38,568 bases of DNA, taken from Allosphingosinicella sp. (lineage in GTDB: Bacteria > Pseudomonadota > Alphaproteobacteria > Sphingomonadales > Sphingomonadaceae). Below are positions 26,253 through 35,771 of the stretch, one piece after another (position 1 is the stretch's first letter; each line of letters starts with the position of its first letter). The DNA is taken from positions 1 through 38,568 of the forward strand of contig JBKBVA010000002.1 in assembly GCA_046289665.1 (NCBI GenBank), given 5' to 3'. The notes under the pieces were generated by a model. That model was not told the DNA's origin, made no database searches, and saw nothing but the letters and a program-made list of their open reading frames with translations. The translations under genes were made by a program, and so were the position numbers.

Positions 26253-27467
26253 TCAGGGAATCCGGAGATAGATGGGCAAATGGTCGCTGGTCGCGATGAT
26301 CGACCAGAAATTCGCCCATTGGCGGAATGTCGCCGTCGGGCCCGGCTGGCCGGGGCCGGCGACGATGCCGTTGAGAGTCGCCAGGTCCTGGTTCATCACC
26401 GTCCCCCACGGCGCCGGCCCCCCAAAGACGCAGTCGATCGAGTCCTTGGTGTAGGCGGTGATCGCCGGCTGGGGGCCCGGCTGTCTCCGGACGAAGAAGT
26501 TGTCGATTACCTCATGGTGCGCGTAGCTGAAAGGCGCGTTCAGCGGGTCGGCGTCATGATTGCGACGATAATGGGTCGAGTCCGTGTTGGTGTTGCGCAG
26601 GACGTGCTTGTAGCTGAGCGCGGTCAGGGGCGGATAGGCGGCGATCCGCTGGGCGGGGTCGTAATCGTTCACGTTGAAGTCGCCGCAGGCGATGTAGTAA
26701 TTGGGCGCCCCGGTCGTGTTCTGCGCCGGGTTCATATCGGCGATCTGGGCGATGTTGCGCGTGCCCGCGATGTGCGTTCCGTTCGCGCCGTGCTGCGGGG
26801 AGGTATGGATGAACAGGCAGCGAAACAGCCTGGCCGCCCCGCCGATCTCCTGGAAATCGACCATGAACGGGCGGCGGTTCATGTTGTTCGGAAACAGCAC
26901 CGCGGCGCCCGCATTGTCGGTGTGGGCGACCCGGCCGGCACGGGTGGTGGCGCCGGTGATCGCCGCGCCGTTCCACGGCAGGGGATAGGCCGCGGCGCCG
27001 AGCGCGGCCCGCTGAATGGCCGCGCCGTTCCAGTAATCCGGCCCCTGAAAGGTCACCGTGGTGCTGTCGTAGAAGACCGCCACCGCCTCCTGCGCCGCCC
27101 ATTTTCCGACATGAAGGGCGGGCTTGGGCGGGTTGCACTTTATCGGCGGGACGGCCCGCCAGCCGGCATTGCCGGTCTGCTTCTTGATCATCTTCAGGAA
27201 GCGCAGCACCCCTGCCGAGTCGAGCTGGGCCATCGGCTGCCCCAGCGCGGTATTGCGCTCCGCCATGGTCTCGATCACGGCGATGACGTCGGGCACCGAC
27301 CCCGGGGTGCCGGCCGCGCCGATCACATCCCGCATGTAATATTTCCGGTCGAAGGCGCTGTTATATTGACGCTTGCGCTTCGTTCCCAGGTGGGCGGTGG
27401 GATAATATTCGTAGTCGTCGAACTTCGCGTCCGTGAACTTCTCGATGTTCCAGACCATGATCTTCAT
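26253..27467 (-). CDS. Endonuclease/exonuclease/phosphatase (DNase I / CdtB fold) protein, 404 aa
   Basis: MVWNIEK, AVIET, FIHTSP, CGDFN, VIDNFF and TSDHLPI catalytic motifs; GGAGGGG RBS. Confidence 0.85.
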   Translation of the reverse strand: MKIMVWNIEKFTDAKFDDYEYYPTAHLGTKRKRQYNSAFDRKYYMRDVIGAAGTPGSVPDVIAVIETMAERNTALGQPMAQLDSAGVLRFLKMIKKQTGNAGWRAVPPIKCNPPKPALHVGKWAAQEAVAVFYDSTTVTFQGPDYWNGAAIQRAALGAAAYPLPWNGAAITGATTRAGRVAHTDNAGAAVLFPNNMNRRPFMVDFQEIGGAARLFRCLFIHTSPQHGANGTHIAGTRNIAQIADMNPAQNTTGAPNYYIACGDFNVNDYDPAQRIAAYPPLTALSYKHVLRNTNTDSTHYRRNHDADPLNAPFSYAHHEVIDNFFVRRQPGPQPAITAYTKDSIDCVFGGPAPWGTVMNQDLATLNGIVAGPGQPGPTATFRQWANFWSIIATSDHLPIYLRIP

Positions 27468-27480
27468 GCCCGCCCCTCCG

Positions 27481-30400
27481 TCATGCCGCGGTGTAGGCGG
27501 CGTACCAGCCGAGGCTGGCCGCCCGCTTCGACGGGTCCGGGTTGCCGAACAGGATCAGGTCGACATAGGCGCTGTGCGGGATCTTGATCCCAAAGAAGCG
27601 CAAGGCGAGGTTGGTGAAGACCAGCGTATAGGCGGTGCTCCCTTGCGGCGACGCCGCCGCGGTGAAGCGGATGTCGTCGATGGAGAGGCCGAGCAGCCCT
27701 TCGATCGAGAAGGACAGGTTTTCCGGGCTCGCCCCGGGAATCTTCACGCCCGTATAGACGCTCGGCCCCGGCGCGGCCGACCAGCCGATCAACACGGAGG
27801 CGGTGAAGCCCGCACTGCTCGCGAGCGCTCCGAACGTCCCCAGGTTGAGCTCGTACTGGAGGGCGAACCAGGGATAGGTGAGCGGACTTTCCGTCACCGG
27901 CGTCGCCGCGGCCAGATAGCCGAGACCGGCCGGCGTCGATCCCGACTGACCCTGGACGAAGCTTTTGAACTTGAGCGGGAAGTGGGCGACCAGGCTTTGC
28001 GGCCGTGGTGCCGAGCTGGCCACGTCGATCGCCAGGTTCTGCGCGTCGAAGCGAAACACGCGATTCTGCGAGACACCCTGCGCGGTCAGGTCGTAATCCA
28101 TGTGGATGATCAGGTTCGAATAGGACAGGCCGCCGGACACCGGGTCCGGCCCGACCGTGTCGCCGTAGGAAAGCGCATCGAACCCGGGCACGTCGTGGAA
28201 GCGGATCCGGCCGGCGAAGACGAACTGGGTGCGGAGCGACCGGGTGCCGCCGGGATCCGGCGGAGAGTCCGGGTTCAGGGTGACGAAATCGGCGCCGACG
28301 ATCTCGACCTCGTCCAGGACCTCGCTCGCCGCCTTGAAATGCAGGTCGCGGGCCGAGGAAAAGCTGAACGCGTCGCCGGAGGCGGTGCGCTGATAATAGC
28401 CGTCGAGGACGATCTCTCCGGCGGCCGCCGGCGCACCGTCTGGCAGGAGCCGTACGGTGCTTCCAAACAGGCTCGTCACCAGGAGATTGATCCTGCAGGC
28501 GAAATCCCGGATCTCCGAATTTCCGAACAGGATCTTGAGCATCGACACCTTGAAGGCATCGCCTCCTCCAGGGCTGCCGAGGGGCGCGTCGTCGACATAG
28601 TTGATCAACCCGAACAAGGCGGTGTCCTGCATGGTCAGGACGTGGTCGATCACCGTCATCGGCGAAATGTTGATGCCGAGATGGTGGGCCCGGAACCGGG
28701 ACGGGTCGATACCCCCGGCGATCCCCGCCAGCTGACTCGGCATGGCGGCCAGCGAGACCTGGCTGTTGAAGGCGATGATCCCGTTCCAGGCGGGATCGGT
28801 CACCGCTTCGTAGATATGCAGGAAATTGGGATCCGGGGCCGTGCCGGGCGGCACTTCGATACGGTCGCGTATGTCCTGGATGATCGCCAGCAGGTTGCTC
28901 TGGGTGAGGCCGCCGTCGGTGAAATTGGCGGGGAAGCTCCACGACCCGAGATCCGCGGCGAGATTGGCGATGCTCGCCCCGGCATATTTGTAGACGATGA
29001 TCGTGCCGTTGTCCGCCCAGGTCCCGGGATCGAGGTCGAACGGTATGCCGGCGATCTTCAGGGTCGAGGAGAGGAGGGCGGCGTTCTGCGCGAACAGCGC
29101 CGCGTCGGACATGACCAGGAACAATTGGCTGCTCTGCAGCGCCTGCTTGAGCGGTCCGCCGATGTCCGCTCCGGCGGCGCCGCCCAGGACCAGCGTTTCC
29201 GCGCCGGCGCCGCTCTGGGCGAGCTGTACCTTGACGATCGGAAGGCTGGTCGCGGTCGGCGCGCCGAAGAAGCCGAGCATGCCGTGCCGGGTGGTCCCGC
29301 GCGACTGGATCGGCGAGGCCGTTTCGGGACCGGGCGCGGCGGAGAGAAGCGCCGCGCCGGACTGGACCCGGTCGCGCCGGGCCTGGCTGATCACCTTCAC
29401 CTCGAACCGCGCGTGCAGCGCCTGATCGCCGGCTTCGTCGAGCCCGCCCGCCGGCAGCCCCGCGAAAGCCGCCATCGGCATCGACGCCTCGGGTCCCGGG
29501 GCCAGCTGCCCGGCGATGATCTCCTTCATGTCGAGGAAACTGGCGTCCTGCGGCGGAGCGAAGGCGGACGGATCGTAATAGACCGATTGATCGGGCTGGC
29601 TGTAATAGTTGATCGCCGGCGGCCCGTCCGGGGTGAACGCCACATAGGCGGTGGTCGCCTCCCCGGACAAACCCCCCGCCGCGCTGGTTTCATCTCCCGG
29701 ATCGAAGGAGGCCGCATAGGCCGGGTTGCCGGGATAGAATGTCGCGACATTCGCCACGCTTCCCGACTGCGGCGGGACGTAGCCGACATATTCGACCGGC
29801 GAGAGGCCGCACATGATCCGGGTCGCGCTTTCGGACTCGCCGGCGACCGGGATCGCTCCGGCGATGGCGGCGATGCGGATCGTGAAGCCGCCGTTGGGCG
29901 CGAGCGTCAGAGGCGGTGCAGAATCCCCGGTATATCGCGGGCTCGGCGACAGGGCGAAGCCGGGCGCGGCGCCGGCTCTCGGCACCAGGCCGACGCTGCG
30001 CCCGACCCAGGTGCGGTAATAGCTGGACAGCGCCTGCGGGCTGCCGCCGTCCGGGGGCAGGAAGCCGAACAGGCTCCGCGCCGGCAGCAGCGGGTTGAGC
30101 GGGTCTAGGCACGGATAGAGGTCCACCGGGGCCGACGACGGATCGATCAGGGGATAGGTCAGCCGCGACACATAGCTCGGGTCCCATTCCGGATCGGGGT
30201 AGTAGAATGAAATCCCCGCACCGAGCGCCCCCATCTCCGTTCCCGCGCCGGCCGTCGCGCTTTGGGCGACGGTGAGCCGGAAGCGGAGGCAGCCGATCGC
30301 GGAGCCTTCCATCGGGATCTCAACCGTCGGGCCGATACCCTCGAGGGGCGGATCGCCCGAACCCGTCTTGAGCCGGACCTCGCCGGTGGACGATTGGGCG

Positions 30401-30864
30401 ATCACGAAGGCGGCATATGCCGCTCCGCCGGAGGGATCGCTGAGCGAGACGGCAAGGCCGCGATCCAGGCACAGCGCGTAATTCTGAAAGCGTATCTCGG
30501 CGTAGCGCGACACGGCCGCCGGTGCCGAACCTGCCACCGACACTTCGCTCACCTCCCACAAAGCGGGGATTCCGGCGCTGTTCCCGATCCACACAAATCG
30601 GCTGCCTTCGAGCCCGCCGGCCGCGACATAGGCGCGCAGGTCCTCCACGAAGGCGGCTTCGTCGGCGGGCCTGTCCTGGAAGAACAGGTAAAGGCCGCCC
30701 GCGTCCGCCCATGTCGCGGCGAGGCTCAGCGAGGGCGGGAAGCTGCCGGCCCCGGGATGCTGCAGGAAGCCGACCGTATAGGCCTTGCCGGCCACCGGGG
30801 TGCCGGTGCCCGAATAGACGTACAGATCGGAATCCGGGCTCTTGTCGAAGGAAGCGGACGGCAT
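27481..30864 (-). CDS. Large beta-rich hypothetical protein, 1127 aa
   Basis: ATG 30864 overlaps the upstream stop (TGATG). Amphipathic-strand-rich C-terminal half ending LGWYAAYTAA. Confidence 0.82.
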   Translation of the reverse strand: MPSASFDKSPDSDLYVYSGTGTPVAGKAYTVGFLQHPGAGSFPPSLSLAATWADAGGLYLFFQDRPADEAAFVEDLRAYVAAGGLEGSRFVWIGNSAGIPALWEVSEVSVAGSAPAAVSRYAEIRFQNYALCLDRGLAVSLSDPSGGAAYAAFVIAQSSTGEVRLKTGSGDPPLEGIGPTVEIPMEGSAIGCLRFRLTVAQSATAGAGTEMGALGAGISFYYPDPEWDPSYVSRLTYPLIDPSSAPVDLYPCLDPLNPLLPARSLFGFLPPDGGSPQALSSYYRTWVGRSVGLVPRAGAAPGFALSPSPRYTGDSAPPLTLAPNGGFTIRIAAIAGAIPVAGESESATRIMCGLSPVEYVGYVPPQSGSVANVATFYPGNPAYAASFDPGDETSAAGGLSGEATTAYVAFTPDGPPAINYYSQPDQSVYYDPSAFAPPQDASFLDMKEIIAGQLAPGPEASMPMAAFAGLPAGGLDEAGDQALHARFEVKVISQARRDRVQSGAALLSAAPGPETASPIQSRGTTRHGMLGFFGAPTATSLPIVKVQLAQSGAGAETLVLGGAAGADIGGPLKQALQSSQLFLVMSDAALFAQNAALLSSTLKIAGIPFDLDPGTWADNGTIIVYKYAGASIANLAADLGSWSFPANFTDGGLTQSNLLAIIQDIRDRIEVPPGTAPDPNFLHIYEAVTDPAWNGIIAFNSQVSLAAMPSQLAGIAGGIDPSRFRAHHLGINISPMTVIDHVLTMQDTALFGLINYVDDAPLGSPGGGDAFKVSMLKILFGNSEIRDFACRINLLVTSLFGSTVRLLPDGAPAAAGEIVLDGYYQRTASGDAFSFSSARDLHFKAASEVLDEVEIVGADFVTLNPDSPPDPGGTRSLRTQFVFAGRIRFHDVPGFDALSYGDTVGPDPVSGGLSYSNLIIHMDYDLTAQGVSQNRVFRFDAQNLAIDVASSAPRPQSLVAHFPLKFKSFVQGQSGSTPAGLGYLAAATPVTESPLTYPWFALQYELNLGTFGALASSAGFTASVLIGWSAAPGPSVYTGVKIPGASPENLSFSIEGLLGLSIDDIRFTAAASPQGSTAYTLVFTNLALRFFGIKIPHSAYVDLILFGNPDPSKRAASLGWYAAYTAA

Positions 30865-33800
30865 CAGCCGGCGGCCGCGGGGTTCAGGCGGACATCGTCG
30901 CCGCAAAAGAGCGGAAGCGCGAAATAGCCGGGGCGCGTCGGGCTGAAGGTCGCCGCCGGATATTCCAGCCGCACGCGGTTGGTGACGATCGCCTGGGTGG
31001 AGATGGACTGGGCCGAGAGGTCGCTGGACAGGCCGCCGATGCTCCGGCGCATCGTGAACCCGCCGATCGCGGCGCTGACGCAGTTCGGAAGGGCGCCCTC
31101 GGGCGCGATCAGGTCGGCGACGGTCGATCCCAGCGCCAGCCAGCGCCGCTGGCCGTCGAGGCTCGCCGATATTTCGGGGGTCAGGGTCGCCCGGCCGCGG
31201 AAATAGAAGGGGTAGATGCCGGTCAGGCCGGCAAAGTTGCCCTGGCGGACATATTGATCGCTGGCGGCCAGTAGCCCGTTATAGGTCGCCGCCCCGAGGA
31301 TCACCGGCAGCGACGATTCATCCACCAGTCCGGTGAATTTCGGATCGTTCACCGCCGAGGGATAGAGCAGTCGAAAATAGGGCAGCCGCCCCGCCGCGGA
31401 ATACAGGTCGATGATGCCGCCGCCGCCGGCATTGGGCTGGCGCAGCGGGCTCGGCACCGTCGGCCGGCCGAGCAGCGACAGGAACGCGTTGAAGCCGGTT
31501 TGGAGCGCCTGCCCCTGCGGATAGGACTGGATGTCGTAGGTCGACATGCCGGCCGGCACGTAGCCCGTCTGGTTGTTCGAGGGCGGCGTGAGTTGCTGCA
31601 GCTCGCTGTCGACGCGCAGCCGCATCCCGGGGACCAGGTCGACGAAGCCGCCGGTCTGCGGGTCCGGATCGAAGCCGTACATGAACTTCAGCTGCTCGGA
31701 GAAGAGCAGCGGGAGGCCGAGCGCGAGCGACTGGCGGATCATCGCCAGCGCGCCGGGCTTTATCTGCACGTCGGTGCCGTTGGGCATCTCCATCGTCTTG
31801 AGGAAATTCAGAAAGTCGGTCGCGAGCGCGGTCCGCGACGCGGGATCGAAGCGCCAGGCGATGCTGTCGGCGGGGATGGTCAGCTTGTAGGGCAGCACCG
31901 GCGAAGCATCGTTCCGTTCGAGCGTGAAGATGCCGGACGAAGGCAGTGTCGACGGCGCCGTCGTGAAGATGTCGGGAAAGGCGCACACGATCGGCGCGGC
32001 GGCGGGCTGGTTGCCGGGCGAGCGCACCAGCCACGGCGTGCTGTCGGAACTGCTGACCGGTTGCGGATAGAAGCTGGGCTCGGCGCCGAACAGGTTGACC
32101 GCGGGCGCGGTCGGCCCGGTGGCGGAAGGGCCGGTCGCGGTCACCCGGACATGCACCTGCGCGGGCTGCAGGGTGTTGGCGACGGTGATCGCGGTTTCGG
32201 ACGTGGTCAGGGTCTGGATCGCGGGCGTCGACGCATCGTCGGAAATGGTCACGGTATAGCCGCTGACCATCGGCGATTCGGGCGCCGACCAGGCGATGTG
32301 GACCGAGGTCGCGCTCGCATCCGTGGCGGTTATCACCGGCTTGACGGCGATGACGCCGACGGCCTCGCCGAGCGCGCCGCTGGTGCCGGTGCCGGTCGCC
32401 CGGACGGCGGCGACGACCCGGCTCGCGTCGGTCAGCGACGCGCTGATCTGCACCGACGTGTCGCCTGCGCCGGCGTTCGCCGAAGCGCCGGTCGGCAGGA
32501 GCGTCGCGGCGTCGAGCAGTTGCGCCTGATAGCCGGTGATCCCGGCCGTTTGCGCCGGATGGTCCCAGTTCACCGTCACATGCGTGCCGTCGTAGCTGGT
32601 CGTCGTGACCGCCGGCGGTGCGGCGAGAAGCGACACGGGGGCGGACATGGGTCCCCTCACCCGGATACCCGCGGCGGTGGTGCTGCACGGCTGAACCGAG
32701 ATCGTATAGACCGCCTCCGGGTTGATCGGCAGCGGGAGGGCGCCGGCCAGGTCCCCCGTGTCGACGAAGGCGATGGCGTTGCCCTTGCTGTCGTTGAGAC
32801 AGAGCCGGTAGCCGGGGACGGCCTCCGCGTTCGTCCAGTCGACGCTGGCGACCCGGTCCGTGGCCGCTACGGACGCAATCACCGGCGCGGCGATGGGGAG
32901 GTCCACCGATGCCGGGGGACCCTTGGCCACGCCGAACACGGAATTGACCTGGACCTTCAGCGAATTGGAGAACGTCGTCCCGGAGACGTCGATGTCGCCG
33001 CTGTAGCCGAGCGTGGTCTGCGGCGTTCCGGCGATATGCCCGTCGGCGATCGCGACCAGCGACGCGCCGGTCGGGACCGGCGCGACCGGCGGAACCGACC
33101 ACGCCGCGCCGACATGGCCGGCGACATGGTAAGCGGAGTCGATCCGGGGGGGTGCGACCACCGCCGCGACCGCCGCCGACTGGGGACCGGAATTGCCGGC
33201 GCTCACCGCGCGGAGCGCCGCGCTGTACCGCTTGGACATGTCGAGCGACGCCATCGCCACTTCGAAGGAGACGGTTTCCGCCCCGCCGGACTCCTGCTGG
33301 AGCGGTTGCCCGTCGGCGAGCAGGGTGCCGCTCAGCGTCGCCCCGGCCGGCAGCGTCGCCGAGGCCGACACCGTCATGTTGCTCCCGTCATAGGCGATCG
33401 CCGAGATGGCAGGCCGGGTCATCTGGATGTCGACACGCTGGTTGCCGCCGGTCGAAAGCCCCTGGTTCGAGCTCGGCGCCAGATAGGCGTGATAGGACTT
33501 CGCCGGATCGAGGGGCTGGGGCGGGACGATCACGCCGCTCGACCCGGCGATCGTGACCGCGACCAGGACGACGTCGTTCGAATCGAGCAGGTCGACGCTG
33601 ATCCCGCTCGGCGCGCCCACGGTGGGGAGGGTGGCGCCGATCGCGATGCTGGCGAGGTCGTTGACGGTCGCGATGCCGGTCAGCGGCGCCTGCAGCACGT
33701 TGAGCGGCTGGCTGTAGGACGATGTCAGGGTGCCCGAGGAATCGCACTGGGCGACCCGGACGGTGTAGCTGGTGCCGGCGGCGAGGGGCACCGCGTTGAG

Positions 33801-33983
33801 CATCGCCACGGTCGTCCCGCGCGTGCCGTCGACGAGCTGTCTGGCGACGATCGTGTTCGAAGGATCGAACACCGCGGCGCTGAAATAGCTCTGGCCCTGG
33901 ATGAACTGCCAGCTGACCCGGACGGTGAAGTTGCTTCCGCTCGGCGCGCACTGGGCCTGGGTGAGTACTGGATTCTGCGCCAT
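30864..33983 (-). CDS. Protein with about 7 tandem fibronectin type III-like repeats and a C-terminal domain of unknown function, 1039 aa
   Basis: Repeats of about 90 aa: P.I.....DG..V.V.W......GY...L.......Y.V.V....G..S. Confidence 0.82.
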   Translation of the reverse strand: MAQNPVLTQAQCAPSGSNFTVRVSWQFIQGQSYFSAAVFDPSNTIVARQLVDGTRGTTVAMLNAVPLAAGTSYTVRVAQCDSSGTLTSSYSQPLNVLQAPLTGIATVNDLASIAIGATLPTVGAPSGISVDLLDSNDVVLVAVTIAGSSGVIVPPQPLDPAKSYHAYLAPSSNQGLSTGGNQRVDIQMTRPAISAIAYDGSNMTVSASATLPAGATLSGTLLADGQPLQQESGGAETVSFEVAMASLDMSKRYSAALRAVSAGNSGPQSAAVAAVVAPPRIDSAYHVAGHVGAAWSVPPVAPVPTGASLVAIADGHIAGTPQTTLGYSGDIDVSGTTFSNSLKVQVNSVFGVAKGPPASVDLPIAAPVIASVAATDRVASVDWTNAEAVPGYRLCLNDSKGNAIAFVDTGDLAGALPLPINPEAVYTISVQPCSTTAAGIRVRGPMSAPVSLLAAPPAVTTTSYDGTHVTVNWDHPAQTAGITGYQAQLLDAATLLPTGASANAGAGDTSVQISASLTDASRVVAAVRATGTGTSGALGEAVGVIAVKPVITATDASATSVHIAWSAPESPMVSGYTVTISDDASTPAIQTLTTSETAITVANTLQPAQVHVRVTATGPSATGPTAPAVNLFGAEPSFYPQPVSSSDSTPWLVRSPGNQPAAAPIVCAFPDIFTTAPSTLPSSGIFTLERNDASPVLPYKLTIPADSIAWRFDPASRTALATDFLNFLKTMEMPNGTDVQIKPGALAMIRQSLALGLPLLFSEQLKFMYGFDPDPQTGGFVDLVPGMRLRVDSELQQLTPPSNNQTGYVPAGMSTYDIQSYPQGQALQTGFNAFLSLLGRPTVPSPLRQPNAGGGGIIDLYSAAGRLPYFRLLYPSAVNDPKFTGLVDESSLPVILGAATYNGLLAASDQYVRQGNFAGLTGIYPFYFRGRATLTPEISASLDGQRRWLALGSTVADLIAPEGALPNCVSAAIGGFTMRRSIGGLSSDLSAQSISTQAIVTNRVRLEYPAATFSPTRPGYFALPLFCGDDVRLNPAAAG

Positions 33984-34058
33984 GGTCCTGCCCGATTCTG
34001 ATGAGGGTTGCGGGCGGGAGGGGCCCCGCGGCGCCCCCCTGCCGCAGCGGCGGCGCGC

Positions 34059-35771
34059 CTAACGCTGGACGACGCTCTGGCGCAGCCGGAAGGTGCTCTC
34101 CACGTCGGGGTGGAACGACTCCGGCACCTGCGCCTTCACCCACTCTATGTCGTTGATCTGGCGATAGCGGATCGCCTGCGTCGCCCGGGCGTCGCCGACG
34201 AGGATGCCGTTGGCGTAGAATTGCCCGACTTCGGGGTCGTCGTCGTCGATCTGCGGCGCTTGGCCGAGCGACAGGTTCCACAGGTTGCGGCCCTCGCCGG
34301 GCTCCTGCTCGACCGTGCTCAACTCGGCCTCGCCATCCACCGTGATCAGCTTCATGCCGGGCCTGAGGTCGCGCGCCGCGACTTCGCCTTCGGACGTGAA
34401 GATCACGTGCTCGGCGGAGGCCGTGAGCGCCTTTCCGCACGTGGTCCGAAGGACGTACACCTCCCCGAAATGGGCCCCGTTGTGAGTTGCGGTGACGCGC
34501 GCATCCTCGCCGCCCGTCGCAGCCATCACTTCGTCGCCCGCCTTGATCTCGGGTATTGTTCTGCTGGAGCCGTCCGCCATCGCGACCTGGGTGTCCTCTC
34601 CCAGGCAGTGCCAGATGAATGCCACCGGCATTATGTAGGTTACGCCGTCGATTGGATCGCTGTCGCTCACGTCCGAGCTTTGGATGGTGACCGTCACCGG
34701 CTTGCCGTTGGGCGATCCGTCGTCGACGGTGACCGTGATGTTGACGGTAAGGTAGGCGAGCATGTTCGTGCTCCAGGGGATGTTCGAGAACACCACCGGA
34801 TTGTAGGGCTGGTCGGGAGGAGGCGGCTGCGTGTTCGCCTTCATCGGCAAGTTCCATTGCAGCGCGTTCGGGTTCCCGGGGTCGATGTTGAAGTTGTTGT
34901 AGACGTTGTTCATGTCCGTCGGGGTGAGCGTCATCGACTTGCCGCCCACGTCGGTGCGGATGACATAGATGTCGACGAGGAAGTTCGTGCCCGGCTGGAG
35001 CGGCTTGATCGGGTTTCCGAAGGTCACGTTCCCGACCAGCGGCAGGCGTCCGATGGGGGTGTTCGGCGCCGTAGTCTCATCGAAGGTATAGTCGCAGCCC
35101 GACTGGTCGCCGGGTCGGCCAAGCCCGATGTTGATCGCTTGGGGAACCTGCGGGGTCGTATTGCCATTCTCCCGCTTCGGCTCGATCACGACCGGGTCCG
35201 ATATCGCGCCTCCCGAACTGCCCGACACCGTCCCGGAGGCGTAGGCGCCCGACATCGACTTGTACGAATAGGTCATCATCGCCGTTGTGCCCGGCACGAA
35301 CGGCTTCGCCGTGGCGTCGTTGGTCTTGAGCGCGAGGCTGTTCAGCGGCGCCTGGCCGGCCGTCGACCCATTGGCCAGGAAGCTGCCGTCGGGCGCCAGG
35401 ACCAGGACCGAGAGATTGCATGTCTGAAAGCCGTCGACGACGGTGCCGTAGCCGACCGCCGCGGCGACGAGCGATTCGGCGACGGCCCCGACTTCGGGAA
35501 TGCCGAAGGCGGTCGACCAGCCGATGGTCATCGGGTCGACGGAGTCACCCGCTTCGAGGGCCACCACGGTCGGCTCGGCGGAATCGAGCATGCCGTGGAG
35601 CCCGGGGAAATCGCCTTCGTGATTTCCGCAGACATTGTGCATCAGCTTGACGAAGGCGAGCTGCTCGGGGTCGCTCAGGTCGTGGGTCATCGACCCGCCC
35701 GCTTCGTCCACCATCTGGCGGTATTTCAGGATAAGGGCGGTATCGTCGGCGGTCAGTTCGGCCTGGCTCAT
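34059..35771 (-). CDS. Hint-domain (Hedgehog/BIL-like) autoprocessing protein, 570 aa
   Basis: WH|CLGEDTQVAMADG...GDEV, LTASAEH, L.PG..L, WNLSL, FYANGILVGD. GGAG/AGGTG RBS before ATG 35771. Confidence 0.88.
   Translation of the reverse strand: MSQAELTADDTALILKYRQMVDEAGGSMTHDLSDPEQLAFVKLMHNVCGNHEGDFPGLHGMLDSAEPTVVALEAGDSVDPMTIGWSTAFGIPEVGAVAESLVAAAVGYGTVVDGFQTCNLSVLVLAPDGSFLANGSTAGQAPLNSLALKTNDATAKPFVPGTTAMMTYSYKSMSGAYASGTVSGSSGGAISDPVVIEPKRENGNTTPQVPQAINIGLGRPGDQSGCDYTFDETTAPNTPIGRLPLVGNVTFGNPIKPLQPGTNFLVDIYVIRTDVGGKSMTLTPTDMNNVYNNFNIDPGNPNALQWNLPMKANTQPPPPDQPYNPVVFSNIPWSTNMLAYLTVNITVTVDDGSPNGKPVTVTIQSSDVSDSDPIDGVTYIMPVAFIWHCLGEDTQVAMADGSSRTIPEIKAGDEVMAATGGEDARVTATHNGAHFGEVYVLRTTCGKALTASAEHVIFTSEGEVAARDLRPGMKLITVDGEAELSTVEQEPGEGRNLWNLSLGQAPQIDDDDPEVGQFYANGILVGDARATQAIRYRQINDIEWVKAQVPESFHPDVESTFRLRQSVVQR

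Noticed and set aside
34191-34607. A true self-splicing intein
   Set aside because: Lacks the terminal His-Asn and a +1 Cys/Ser/Thr, and has no homing endonuclease.
14039-35771. Contractile injection system, prophage tail, or RTX/Rhs/CDI locus
   Set aside because: No recognisable sheath, tube, baseplate, VgrG/PAAR, YD/RHS, GGxGxD or TPS motifs.
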